NCBI RefSeq assembly: GCF_009834535.1
Contig: NC_045697.1
Span: 97,094,001 to 97,158,000, forward strand
Origin: Camelus ferus
Lineage: Eukaryota
DNA: 64,000 bases
Direction: 5' to 3'
Within the stretch, counting starts at the first letter, position 1. Every line of letters starts with the position of its first letter. The translations under genes and the position numbers were made by a program. Shown one piece after another: positions 13,996 to 26,830 of this stretch. The notes beneath the pieces were generated by a model, which searched no databases, was not told the DNA's origin, and saw only the letters and a list, made by a program, of their open reading frames with translations.

Positions 13996-14954
13996 TAAAA
14001 TGAAAAAATCTGGAAGACAATATAATCATATAATCTAGAAGAAAAAAACATGAAGATGAAATATATATCATTCTCAAATTTCTAAAGACCTTAAATCATT
14101 ACAAGTTCTACTTGATTTATTAATAAAATAAGATAAGTATAGAAAGTATACAATTAATCTCTGGTTTTAGAGAGGGTTATCCTAGGGGAAAAAATCACTA
14201 AGTAAATAAAGGCTATTATGGCATCATCTTTTCTCATTTCTCCCTTTCTACCCATCAGTCTAGATTCCCCAGAATCATACGTTACTGCCCAAGGAAATCA
14301 CTGGGAGCTATGTTAGACATTACTTCTGTTCAGTGAACCACTGTTAACTTTATTTCTACCAAAACAAAATTCCAATTCCTAGCTTATTATAAATCCAGAA
14401 GAAAGCAAACAATGGCAATGTGATTTGTTTAAGTTTTAATTTAAACAAAGATCACCTCTATTATTAGAAGGAAATAAATCACAAACGTAAAATAAGTAAG
14501 TACATAAATAGGTTCTCTCAATATAAAGAAGTCACCAAGAGTTATATAGAGTAGTAGGGCAGATAATGCTGTCCATGAAAGGCAGACTAGGAAATTGACT
14601 ATTAGGCACATGTGTTTCAAGTTATGTGTTATACTACTTTTACATAGATTTTGTCAATTTTGTGCAGATGTCATTATCACGAAATGACAAATGAGGAAGA
14701 TGAAGATTAGAAATTTTTGCACTATAATCAATAGAGCTAAATTGTTTAATAGTTATTAAAAGCTTTAAAACTTTTATTTCTATTCCATTATACTACCTGT
14801 CAACCCTTATGAAACTATGTTATAGGAATAGCTTAAGAGGGCATTTTATAGCAAGTAATCCAAGATAAGAATAAGCACCAATCCATGCTTAAAATTTTAG
14901 CCAGTAGAAAATACATTTTGCTATAAGAAATTCACATAAGAAAAGCTGAAGAAA

Positions 14955-15554
14955 CATACTAGTTTTCTATTGGTATTGTACCTAACTACCAAATATTTTG
15001 TCGCTTAAAACAAAATAATTTATTTCTCACAGTTTGGTAGGTCAGAAGTCTAGTGTACTTGGCTAGTTTGTCTGCTCATGTCTCACAAGGCCAAAATCAA
15101 GATTTCAGCAGAGCTATGTTCTTCTCTGGAGGCCCTAGGGGAGAATCTGTTTCAAACTGATTCAAGTTGTTGGCAGAATTCAACCTTGCAGCTGAGGTCC
15201 TATTTCCTTGCTGGCTGTCACCGGAGACAAGTCTTAGCTCCTAGGGGCCTCCTTCCCTGTACTTGTAAATGAGTCCCTACATCTTAAAACTAGCAATGGT
15301 GGGTAGAATACTTCTCACAATTTTCTATCTCCTCTGCCTCCTATTCTGCATCATCTTCTCTAAACTTCAGCAGGGAAAGGAACCTGACTTTTAAGGGCTC
15401 CTGTGATTGGGCAGGGTCTAAAATCAACCCATCTCAAATTCCATCAACTTCATTACATCTACAGAGGACCTTTTGAAATGAGTAACACATTAACAAGTTT
15501 CAGGGATTAGGATATGGATATCTTTGGTGGATCGGTATTATTCAGTCTAACACA
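14955..15554 (-). mobile_element. MLT1E-like solo LTR
   Basis: tctcacaaggccaaaatcaag...attcaagttgttggcagaattca...cagggattaggatatggatatctttgg...attcagtctaacaca. Confidence 0.85.
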
Positions 15555-16901
15555 AACAATTTTATTGACAGTCTAAAAACCATAAAATGGAAACTGAGTT
15601 TTTTTCACACTGCAAAGAAACTCACCATTCAGAATTACTCCAATTCTCTCTCTATAAAGCATAGCATACTATTCTTGTATCTTTGGAAGATTAATTTAAA
15701 TTAATTGTCATGATTACACCGTGAACTCATCAAAGTGAATTCAAAGATACTTTGGCATTTGCTAAAAATATTCAAATCAGACTGGTGTATATATTATTGC
15801 AGTAAACTCTTTTATTTGCTAAATTTTGGGTCACAAATAGTGCAGTAGCTATTTTTTTCTTCCAAGTATGTTTAGCACCCAATTTTTCTACATTTAAAAG
15901 GAAAGGATTTGATTTAAAACTGTATTATTATTTTTAAATGTAAATCTTAACCTTAATTTCTATTTAGTCTGAATGAGAGATGTATATGCCAAGAAAGTTA
16001 CCCATCTTCATTCTATAAATAAAAGGGAATAATACAACTATAATAGAATAAATGCCAGAAGATGTTGCTTTCAAAAACAGTACATTACTAATTGACCTTT
16101 TTCTGCATTTACCATAGTATTTATCATTTCAGCAGTTAGCTATCTTTCTGACAACTGAATTTCTTTAAAATGTATGTGACATTTAACTGGATAGAGCTAT
16201 TTGTCATTGAATAATTTAATGTCATTTCTTATTGCTTCTGTTTAAATGGCTGATCTAATTTTTATTTGCAATGTACAATTTAGATGACTCATATTATATT
16301 GGTTAATGTCTAAATACTTTAAAAATTTAGATAAATGTGCTTTTCAGTTGTCAACATAATCGAATGAGGCATATGGGAATGAAATTAAACAGTTGATTAC
16401 ATCCCATGATAGAATACATTTACTTTATCCTCTCCCTTCCATCTTGCTTATTCATATCCTCTCCAAATTTTTATACTTCCAGATACATAATAGTTTCATG
16501 AAATTATCACTTGAACTTCTTGGATTGATATCCTCATTTTCTGCTTTGCATTATTCTAAGTTCTAGGGTTTATGTTTACTTTCTTTCATCTTCTGCATTC
16601 AATTACACCTCCTTTCTGGATTGCCCTGAATTGAATTTTAGCATTCATTATGAAAGCTGTAGATAACACTTATTTATCTACCTTTTACTCACTACAATTT
16701 TCATGGCTTATTAAATATTTATATCTACTAATAGAAAACTTATTTATGTCTATCAGCTTCTATTGACATTAACTTCAATACTTTTCAATATTTTATATAG
16801 TAATTTTTTTGAAGATAACCATATCTTTATCACCCTTTTCTAAGGTATTTGCCATTAAATATAGTTTTGAAAATTGTAGATAAATTGCCACAGTACTAAA
16901 A

Positions 16902-16902
<1 letters not shown>

Positions 16903-16933
<31 letters not shown>
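16903..16933. repeat. (TG)n(AG)n compound microsatellite
   Basis: direct. Confidence 0.95.
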
Positions 16934-17819
16934 AAGAAATTACTGAATAAATCTGGTTAATCCATTTTGTTCTGCACAGAGAATGATGTTGTAAGTTATC
17001 TTAATACTAAACATGATACTAATCCATTTATTTACTCTTTTATACTTTGCTTATACCTAGTAACAGTCAGGAAAATTTATAAACTTCCAAGGCCTCATTA
17101 CATTCTTCTTCTAATTTTTTCTTTCTTGGAAGAGTGGCTTTTACTGGCCACTCCCACTACATCAAGTCATCATTGGCTACTAACATGAAATATGTCTGTG
17201 ACTCCCAAACATGACCTGCTATTTGTCTTTCCTCAGTCTTCACCACTATTAATCTGCAGCACAAAGAACTATACCCTTCATATAGGAAGGCTCTTATCTC
17301 TGTTTATCCTCAGACTCTCTAACCATTCAACCTCTTATTTTTCTCCTCATATTAGTGAATATTTGTAGTCACATACATTGAGAAAAATATTATTTGGTAA
17401 GGTTCTATCTTCTTCCACAAAGGAAGAGAAATGACTTGCAAAAAATATTTATGTGATATATGTGCATTTCAAAAAGCACAAGAGCATAGAAATAGAAATG
17501 CTAAGTTGGATCAAAGAAAAGATAAGTTGCTGAGCTAAGTTGCAAATTTATTTCTGATTTCCTGAAAGTCAATATGAAAAGAAATATTCTGTTAGTTAGT
17601 GGCTGTATAACCTAGTGGTTAACAATACAGACTTTGCCCTTAGAAATGTCCACTGATGATCAATAAAGTTTCATATATTTTTTAAATCTATTTTTTATGT
17701 CATTAAAACTCATGGACTTTTTGTGTATATTAATCAAAATCCCTTTAGTAATTATTCACTTTCATTTTGCTGTAATTAGCCTATTTTAGGTTAGCAGGAA
17801 TATCATAAAATTTGGTACT

Positions 17820-18275
17820 TTTCTTTCCTTTGTAACTGGGCTTTTCTTTGCACATCTTTGTGTTGGGTTACTTATATTTTCTTCTTAATTTATAGGCTCT
17901 CCTCATCCATTAGAATTATTAAATTTTTATGTTTAAATGAAAACATATTTTCCAGTTTGTCAAATCTTATTTTTATTTTTGTATACCTTTCTTAGGGCAT
18001 TTTATCCCATGTGAATATCTTTTTTATGTTCTACATTGTCAAGTTTATCCATGTTTTCTTTATTTTCTTCAAGTAAAATAAAAGTTATGGTTAGAAAAAT
18101 TCTCCCTATTCCTAGGTTGTAAACTATAGCACTGTATTAATTTCTTTAATACTTGTATATTTACTTTTTAATATCTGATCTATTTGAAATTTATCTCAAC
18201 AGATTTGATGAGGAATGTATACAGTTTTCTCTTTACCATATGGCCACTTACTGCTTCTAAAATTATTTATTAGTG
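17820..18275 (-). mobile_element. Ancient L1ME-type ORF2 fragment
   Basis: T-rich antisense L1 pattern (atctatttgaaatttatc...atggccac...aattatttattag). Confidence 0.5.
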
Positions 18276-18409
18276 AAAAAATAGATCATAGCACAAGTTA
18301 AATACTAAGATCTAGTAGGTGCTAGGACCTTCCTACAGGACGTAATATTTATTTTCCTGAATCTGCAAACAATACATGTTACCATTTATCTTTTAGTTGG
18401 AAAACTTAG

Positions 18410-18975
18410 GTCTGGGAACCAAGAGATGGAAAAGATAGTAGTTCCTCTTGCCTGTATTTTGAGTTGCTCTTCACATTTATTTTCCCCTGTTTTTATACTT
18501 TCAGTATACTTTTATACTTTGTTATTTTAGAGATCTAGTTATAATGGAATACTGTTTCTACCTAGGGACACAATAGTGGTTCCATTTAGCTGCAAGTCAA
18601 GTATGCCATCTTAGCTATTTGAGCTTTTTTGAGTGTGAGGGTCAAAGAAGAGTTTGCTATACTGGCATGGGTGATCAATCCTTATTATCAAGAGGATTTG
18701 CAGTTTCTGCTACATAATGGGGGAAAGGAGAATGGATGGATTCCAGAGAATTCTCTAGAGTATTTTTGGTACTCTACATCCAATGTTAAAGCTAGTGAAA
18801 ATTATGTCAGCTCAATACATGCAGGAGTACTAAATCTCACCAATTTTACAAATAAGGGTTTTGAGTCACCCTATCAAGCACAGAGTCCTGAGTTGGTATT
18901 TTGCTGAGAACAAAGGAAAATATATAAAGGTTAGTGAGTAGAGGAAGTCATAAACCATCACAGAATCACTACAAG
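18410..18975 (+). mobile_element. ERVL internal remnant (dUTPase region)
   Basis: ORF 18629: ILAWVINPYYQEDLQFLLHNGGKE vs HERV-L VLAGVIDPDYQGEIGLLLHNGGKE; upstream ctagggacacaata (PGDT). Confidence 0.85.
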
Positions 18976-19449
18976 AACTGCTGTAATGTCCAAATTCAGG
19001 GTACTATTTTGGCACCACTCACACTGAATTCTATGTATATGGGACACACTTGGAACACAAAACTAGTCATAGAACATAGTGTGAAAAGTAACCCCTGAAT
19101 GATAGTTTTCTAACAAGGAATGTGACAATCACACAATTTTCTTCCTTGTTCTATACCATGTATACGCCATGGTGGTAGCAATAAAAATTAAATTTATAGG
19201 TTTAGGAAGGTAACAGTTTGAGACTGAACCTGAACTATTGGAAAATGATTACCACTAAAAGGTGAAGGCATTCTTGTGAGGAGAACGTGAACCATCTCTG
19301 TAGGGCAGATAGCTACATTATGTTAGGTAGGCGTATATTACTTTTGCCATTTCTGCTGCCTATTAAGTTTGTTTGTGGAGTTCCCTAATGAGTGAATTTG
19401 GGCATATCTTGTGGAATGGTTCATTCAAAAACTATTCCAATCCCTTCCA

Positions 19450-19874
19450 GTGTTGCAGATTCTGGAATGCTGATCTCTAGCCTTCTCAGATTGCCATGTA
19501 GCCAGGGTCCTGCATATCACGCAGATATTCTCAGTGGGGCATTTGGCTGTAAAAGAGTTAAGTGTGAAGGAAAGCAGGATATTAAGCATTGCTTTGCTGG
19601 TATGGATAGCGGTAGGTAGAAGCAGCATGGTTCTGCTTTCAGCACATGTCAGAAGATTTCACACCTTTCTGCAGGGGGTATGTAAGCTTTAACCATCCTG
19701 GAGATACAGAATGCCACTAGGGTCTGAAAGCTATTTCTGAAGGCATGAAATATAGCCTATGATTCTGGCCTTCCAACAATTCTATAAGAGGCCTAATATG
19801 TAACACTAAATATCTTTAGGCTTAAACTAGTGATTATTATTGCTGCTGTGTGCTCCTGAACCCTGAGTAAAACA
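19450..19874 (+). mobile_element. LTR33-like ERVL LTR
   Basis: ccttccaacaattctataag...gcttaaactag...ctgaaccctgagtaaaaca; lies 3' of the ERVL remnant. Confidence 0.6.
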
Positions 19875-19994
19875 GATAGTGTTTTCTCTTTATAAAAATC
19901 GTAGTCTTTGCCCAAATCATTATCTTTTAGAGATACCATACCAAGCTTTACAATTAAGCAAAGAAAGAAAAAAGTGGACTATTGAATTCTAATT

Positions 19995-20230
19995 TAAAAG
20001 AAGAATAAAATATAGTAACTATTGGAAACTGGTATCTAGTAAAGAACTGCAGTATGCAATAAATATTCACTAAAACTGTGTCATACTGGCATGATGATTA
20101 AAGCAAAGGATGTATTACTTGTACAGCATATTATTATTTTGCTAGTTAGTGGTAACAGACCAATAAGGTTGCTCAGCCAAAAACTGTTGTTACAACTTAT
20201 TAGTGTCAAGTCATTTTTTTCTTTTCCAAA
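19995..20230 (-). pseudogene. Bornavirus-like L N-terminal remnant (unit A)
   Basis: WLSNLIG / NHH / SEYLL..VL / FPI, collinear with BoDV-1 L SLKNPLLG / PHH / DYYLL..VL / YPI, with frameshifts. Confidence 0.5.
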
Positions 20231-20233
20231 TTC

Positions 20234-21110
20234 TTACATTTTTATCTCCCAAGAAACCCCTGATAACTTACTTCTCCCGCCATAGATTCCTAGTTGATAT
20301 AAGAGTTGGTTGTACTGTGACAACACGATGAACCTTGAGGGCACTATGTCAAGTGGAAAAAAGCCAGACAGAGAAAGATAAATACCATATGATCTCATTT
20401 ATACGTGGAATCTTAAAAAAAAAAAAAAAAGAAAAAATTAATAATGAAAAGCCAAGCTCACAGATACAGAGAACAGATTGGTAGTTGTCAGAGGCAGGGG
20501 ATGGGGTGGATAGGTGAAATGGCTGAATGTAGTCAAAAGGTACAAATTTCCAGGTATGAAATAAATAAGTCATGGTGATATAATGTACAGCAGTAAAGAT
20601 ACTGTATTGCATATTTGAAAGTTGCTAAGAGAGTAAATCTTAAAAGTTCTCATCATAAGAAAAGAAATTCTGTAACTGTATGGTGACAGATATTAACTAG
20701 ACTCATTGCTGTAATCATTTTGCAATATATACAAATATTGAATTATTATTTTGTATACCTGAAACTAATATAATGTCGTATGTCAGTTATACTTCAATAA
20801 AAATTAAATTAAAATAATTGGTTGTAAATTTGTAGTATTTTACCTCTTAACTAACATTTAATGAACCAGATTTTCCCAATGTAAAAGGCAAAACATTGTC
20901 ATGAAGGAAAACAAAATCAAGCAACCAAATGTCCCCTGAAAATCGTGGATCTTTGCGAGGTATTTATAACATATTCATTGCATAACTGAAGCATTCTATG
21001 TAGGTTTTAAAATGACAACCTACCTTAGAAAATACTTATTTGGTGGTAAGTTGTTCATTCTTTCCAGGGCTGATAATTCAGCCACTATTCACCAGTACTG
21101 GTATTTATCC
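20234..21110 (-). pseudogene. Bornavirus-like matrix (M) remnant split by an L1 insertion (unit A)
   Basis: IISPG..(31 aa)..L*IPRK..HDNVLPFTL..KYYKF | YNQLLYQLGIYG vs M VIVPG..(30 aa)..LQLPRE..IDDFLLLTL..KYMF..FNVFSYRLRNIG; stop at 20234-20236. Confidence 0.65.
20315..20812 (+). mobile_element. L1MA9-like 3' end with 14-bp target-site duplication
   Basis: gaaagttgctaagagagtaaatcttaaaagttctcatca; TSD aagagttggttgta (20301-20314) / aataattggttgta (20813-20826). Confidence 0.92.
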
Positions 21111-21114
21111 TAGA

Positions 21115-22130
21115 TACTAAATGCTACACTAGTTGTTATTTTGAATAGCCCCCTGATCCTTTCCAACAGAACCAACCTACTACCCATGATAATACGATCT
21201 ATTATGATTACTGCTCACGGTTTCACTTTTAACAAATCCATATTCCAGAGAAACTTAAACTCTGGAGTCTTCAAAAACACAGAACACTTTAATAGGCAAG
21301 GTTTTAATGATCCCACTTTCTAAATTTATATGGGCTAGTTTCAATTTTCTTCCAAGGATTCATCATATTTTTACTCCATAAATTCCCAACAATCCAGTCC
21401 TCAGCCCAGCAGCTGATGCCCAACCCATCAACATAAACAAAACGGCCTTTGAATAATATTCAACTAAGATATCACTAGTGAAATTATCCACCTTTGCACT
21501 TGATATCATAAATCAGTTGAAGAAAAAACTGACAGATTTTGGCAACCATGTTCTCACTCAGTCAAGAATGTCATACTCTCCAGTGCTCCAGAGGATACAG
21601 TTTTATATTTTGGGTGATATGAACTCATGGAGTATTCCACACTGATTAAACTTGTTAATACTCCTGAGCCTTGCCTAGGTCTCTCCAGGAATATTGTAGA
21701 TATGGATAGCTCATCACTTCTTCTCAGGACTCCAGGCCACCAGTTGATGACTTGTTGCACAAACAGAAAGAAGTGTCACACCTTTCCTTTTGATGTTGAC
21801 CTGATCTGCTATGCTATGGCCCTGGTTCTACAGTGGGCATGACATATGCCAGGGTATGTGCCAGAAATACAAACAAGAGCAACAGTCATCGGGTCCAGAA
21901 CAGATCTTTCCCCAGATACCACTCAGACTCACACTACTCTCAAGTTATTTTTTTGCATGATAAAAATACCATGTTAGGGAAATGGTATAGGAAATTCTAA
22001 AAACCAGGTAGCTACATATAATCTGAAATGAGTTTAATATATAACAGCCAAATTTAATACTACAAATTTAATATTTCTGACTTCAAGCACAATATCAAGG
22101 AAAAATAGAAAACAAAAATCACCCTGCAAA
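21115..22130 (-). pseudogene. Bornavirus-like glycoprotein remnant (unit A)
   Basis: MTVAL..TYPGICHAHCRT (vs VTVAV.TFPPFMYCSFADCST); KK** at 21711-21722 at the furin position; CGIL..STG-x8-RTWL (vs CEIL..GTG-x8-RSWL); FEDS-x13-ETVSSNH at 21204-21275 gapless vs FEAS-x13-ETDPINH. Confidence 0.8.
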
Positions 22131-22499
22131 TTGTCCAAAAGGTGCTTGGAAACTGCAAGAGTTGTTCATACTTTTCATTCATAGGCATAACCTCATAGAA
22201 ATCCTCCAAAACTTTAATCTGCTAATATTTTGAGATGTATTTTAAATTCAGGCAAACCGTTTTAAATGGTTCTCTGTTCCATCTATAATACAAGGTAATG
22301 CATCAGGATTCTACCATGCTGATTACATTTTAGTTTTTCCTTCCTTAATCTTAAGAATTATAGAAGAGAAAAAACACTGAAAGCCATTCACATAAAAATA
22401 TTTCACAGCATATTACTAGATTTATACAACATTTTCATGGACTTTCAGGGTTAAAAGTAAAAATCAAAATTATTTTAGCTGTATGATGAAAAGGTAAGA

Positions 22500-23900
22500 C
22501 AAAGTGCAAAACCTGAGTATTCCACATCTCATCCTTGTAATTGTACTAAATCCATACACACATCTATGCTGTTTTGTTTATCTTCACTATGAGTTAAATA
22601 ATAATACACATATCTCCTGAAGTGCAGTGAGGAATAATTAACAGAAAGGACTCCCTGAAGATTAACAATGTGGCCTAGGTTCCCAGCTAAAGTTACATAA
22701 ACACTGTATAGAAGGAAAGCTCATAAATCTATCATACATACTTTATACTGGACGACATAGTCATTTGGGAAGATGCAGGAGATTTATTGCTCAAGTACTG
22801 CTGTTATATGTAGTTCTCTCTGTGTTTTTCACATCTCAGTAGTTTTGTCTGGAAAGTTGTTTTAATCATAGTTTCTCATCTATTATCATTAACAGATTTC
22901 TAAGTTATGATCTAAATCATCTGTATTAGTCATTTATTACATCATTCACTCAGTGGACAGTATTTTTTATTGCTTTGAAATATAAAAAATGTATATAATG
23001 GCTTTAAGCTCTAAGTGTTTTACTTACATTCTTTCAAAATCTGCTCAATTTCCCTATTTGTATGTTATTATTGTTAGTGTTTTCCTGGTTTCAAAATTGA
23101 CAGATAAATTTATAAAAATCATACACTTAATGAATGTTCTTGATAAAATGGAACTTTAACTTCCCTTAAGATTTTACTTTCTATAAATGACTCAAGAATA
23201 ACATAATTCCTATTAATTAGTATTCAAAACTTTTTAGTTATAGTTTTCAATTTATGGATTTACCTTATTTTGAAAAGAATGAAAATACCCAGAATAAATA
23301 GAAGTCTTATCTGCGTATCTTTTACTTACTGATTCCTTTTATTGTATCACTCGTAGTAGAATTAAATGCTTAAAGATTGATTTAGGGTAAATCTAAGAAC
23401 CAGTAGGTAGCTGGCAGAAATGACTGCTAATTCTATTGAAAAATAAATGTATTAGGGATTTTACTCTGGTTTATAAGCACATCAATTTTCTTACACTTGT
23501 ATCTTTTTAAAATTTATACTAACACGCTTAAGTCTGCTAATAACCACAGAGAAAAAAGACAATTTTTAGAGTTTGAAGATTTTTATAAACTTGTATTAAA
23601 ACATAAACCCATTTCTAGAGTGACAAATGAATATATCTGCACACACCACATCTTGTATTTCATTATTTGTTTCCTGTTGCTGACTAGAAAGGTAACTCCT
23701 CTCTCCTACAATCATAAAGAAAGGATCACCTGTGTCTTACGAGTAGGAACAATAATACAGTCTATACCTTGGGAAAGGGCCTATGATGTATGATTTGAAA
23801 ATGGAGGTCTTTAAGAGCTGAATTGTGGTTGGATAAAGTGGAGGACATCTCTTTACATGTCACTGAGGACTGACTCAAACAGAGCTTGATAATTTATTGC
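22500..23900 (-). pseudogene. Bornavirus-like nucleoprotein remnant (unit A), fragmented
   Basis: RDVLHFIQP 23826-23852 (vs RDMFHTVTP); QMTMSSSIK 22741-22767 (vs QMTTYTTIK); LGHI (vs LGAI). Confidence 0.6.
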
Positions 23901-24799
23901 ATTACTCTCTCCCAGATAGGATTACACTTTGTGGAACAAAGATTAATATAAGATAATTCCTAATTTCAAGGAATTTATTATTTGATAATTCATGTACCCA
24001 GATCTCACAATAGATTAACTCATTGATTATCATCAGAATATATAAATTGAGAACTACAGATGAGAATGTGATTTTGTTTTTCTGTTCATGTGGCAGACAT
24101 CAGGGAAAACTTTAGATAAACTTCAATAACTTTGAAAGATGAATTAGATTTTGGCAGAGAAAAGACATTCCAGGTAGAAGACTCAGCATGAAAATGAATA
24201 AAAGATATTGTCTACAAAGAAATTTGGTCACAGGTGTCTAATATAGCAGCAATCAGAATAATGAACATGGATATATTTCTGGGAAAATGTGCATTTTATC
24301 TTATTTTCTAAATTAAATTTAAAAAGTTAAAAGGTACAAAAGGCCTACTGTGAAATGCAGGCCTCTTTTCTTTATATCCCAAGTCAGAGAACAGAGTCAC
24401 AATGTTCCTATATAGCTTTCCAACACCCTTTGTGCACATAAACATACACATGATCAATTCTTGTTTTAACTTTTACACAAACAGTAGCATAAGACATGTT
24501 ATTCTCTTTTGTGATTTTAAAAATAATCTCTCTCTGGAATTATTCCTTATTAGTTACATTCTTCTGAAATCTATGTAAAAATGAAAGTTGAGTTGACTAG
24601 TTTCAGCAAAGTAATGACAGTTACAGTCTGACTGCAAGGATCTGTAGAGTGCATTTTTTATCAGAAAGTGGAGACATCTTGTGTAGAATATTGTCAATTA
24701 GTGGTGGTGAAAAGAAGAGGCAAAATGAGACAACTGCTTAAAGGGCTATTTTAGAAGATAGCAAATATAACAGAACTAAATCAGCTTTGCTGGTAGAAA

Positions 24800-24990
24800 G
24801 GCTTCTATTCAATTCCAGATTCCAATGCTTATTAAGTCAACGACTTTGGTATAGTTACCTTTCTTGAGCTTTAGTTATCACATTTGTACAATGGAGAATA
24901 ATAATAACTAATTCCCAGAATCTTTGTAACATTTAAATGAATGTTCAGTTCCTGGTCAATAACATGCATTTTATGGTACTTCATCATTAT
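24800..24990 (+). mobile_element. MIR SINE
   Basis: gactttggtatagttacctttcttgagctttagttatcacatttgtacaatggagaataataata (MIR core). Confidence 0.7.
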
Positions 24991-25139
24991 TTACTAATTA
25001 TACATCATTTTAAAACAAAAGCCTACATTGCTAATGTCTCATAATTATATATATGCTATGCTTGTGCTAAGTTTTTAATATTGTTTTATATATGTAATTA
25101 TTTAATATTTTGAGTTATATAAAGTAGAATACAGCGATT

Positions 25140-25545
25140 CCTGGTTTCACTAGGGTGGTGTTAGCTGCTGGAACAAGTAAACTCCAAAATACCAGTGGCT
25201 TCATACAACAGTTTATTTGTCGCTTATAAAATAGCCCAATGAAGCCCAATGCTCATGGTTACTGAGTGGCTTTCCCCTACATAATGACTCAGAGAATCAG
25301 GTCATTAACATCTTGTGACTCTCCAGTCTTCTAGGGCTTAGAGTCCTCTGCTTATAGACAGTAGAAGCCTGGAGAAGCCACATCAGCTCCTTAAATTCTT
25401 TCTTTAGAAAGGGATGCTCATTTCTGTTCATATTTTCACATGGCTACAAATGCATGTGAGAAGCCTAGTTGTCTTTCAATGACACTCTGCACTCTCTTGG
25501 AAGGAGGACCATAAATTTTCTTCAATAGCTAGCTATTTTTGTCAC
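25140..25545 (-). mobile_element. Old MaLR LTR (MLT1J/L-like)
   Basis: tagctgctggaacaag..ccaaaataccagtggcttcatacaacagtttattt. Confidence 0.6.
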
Positions 25546-25999
25546 ATTCGTCCAGTAGTGTCATTCACAAACAAAGAAACTTAAGACCCAAAAACTGTTG
25601 GTTCAACAGAGATATTTACTGATTTCTTACAGTATTTCCTTGATCTAATGTTTTTGGTAATGCAATGGGTAGAATTTCATTAAACTGTGGACAGTATAAA
25701 AAAAAAAGGGGGGGGGAATATTAGATTACTGTACTAGGCAAACAATAATGTTGGCCAATATATTTACATGTAATTATAGGATGTGGAATTTCATTTTTCC
25801 TTTTAAAAAATATTTAGTGTTAAAGAATTATAATAATATATGACATTGTTAAGAAGATCTATGATTTTGGTGCTGAGTCTTCATTTAGGAATTTAGCACC
25901 TCATTTGCATACATCATGATAATGAAAAAGCATTATTCTTTTTTATGCTGTCTGCAGAATAAACAGTAGAAAAATGAGAATTGCCTGTGCTGTATGAGT

Positions 26000-26830
26000 C
26001 ACAGCGTAACAGTGCACAATACAATCCAAAAAGAGGATGTTTAACATTTTGAAAGCTGTATTTTCAGAATCTGTCCCAAAGTTCCCCATTAATCAGCAAA
26101 AATATTTTTCTAAGTATACATCTGAAGGCCTTTGCATCTTTACATCTACATTCAATTACTGAGACAGCAGGAAAATTATGCTTTACATGTACAAAATATT
26201 GCTAAGTTATTCAAAGAAGATACCATGAAGCTATTTAAAGATGATACTATGACATAGAAAAAAATCTCTTACGCAGATGTGTCAATCTTTGCTATCTTAC
26301 CACTATATCTATCATGGTTTTTATCAGGAAGATGAAACTGTTTTCAAATCCTAGTTGAAAAAAATGAAAAAAGAATATTGTATAAATAGAAAGACTTACT
26401 CATTTGACCACCAACTGAACACCTACTATGTGCCAGGCACTTTTTTGGACACCAGTGACACAGCAGGGACCAAAATACATGAGTTCCCCAATTGCCCATT
26501 TTTCCTTTATTTTATAAACCTGAAATTCTTTCTTTAAGTAACAAACTAAGAAATACTACACATAATCAGACAGCTATTTTTGATGAATGGATTTGCTTGG
26601 GTGCCTACTTTGAACATCAGAACTTTCACCAACAGTGAAAACACAGATGAGTAACATTTGTTAGAATAGCTACAAATGCCAGTGGAGAGATTTCACTAGA
26701 CGGTGACAGCCAACGCTGCCTTACACAAGTAGAACAAGGAGAGAGAGATGAAGCAGGTTTGTGAAACTGGCTCTCAGAAAATATTCTTAAACATACTATG
26801 CTTTCAAGTCCTAGGACTTTCAGAAATACT
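26000..26830 (-). pseudogene. Bornavirus-like nucleoprotein remnant (unit B), interrupted by L2
   Basis: FHKPASSL 26743-26766 (vs FHTVTPSL); VGESSDV (vs IGSSSKI); AD*WGTLGQI 26068-26097 (vs ADLFPFLGAI). Confidence 0.55.
26395..26480 (-). mobile_element. L2 3' end
   Basis: ctgaacacctactatgtgccaggcact...gacacagcagggaccaaaa. Confidence 0.75.

Noticed and set aside
14000..17600. Further viral remnants in unique AT-rich DNA
   Set aside because: Only partly translated by hand with no convincing motifs; should be included in the computational search
21141..21323. ORF with ITAHGFT resembling mitochondrial ND4 (NUMT)
   Set aside because: No extended DNA similarity; it is the antisense of the G remnant
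21554..21760. N-like reading ELSISTIF..GV..YKT in the minus ORF
   Set aside because: Spacing inconsistent with N; other frames give a longer collinear G match
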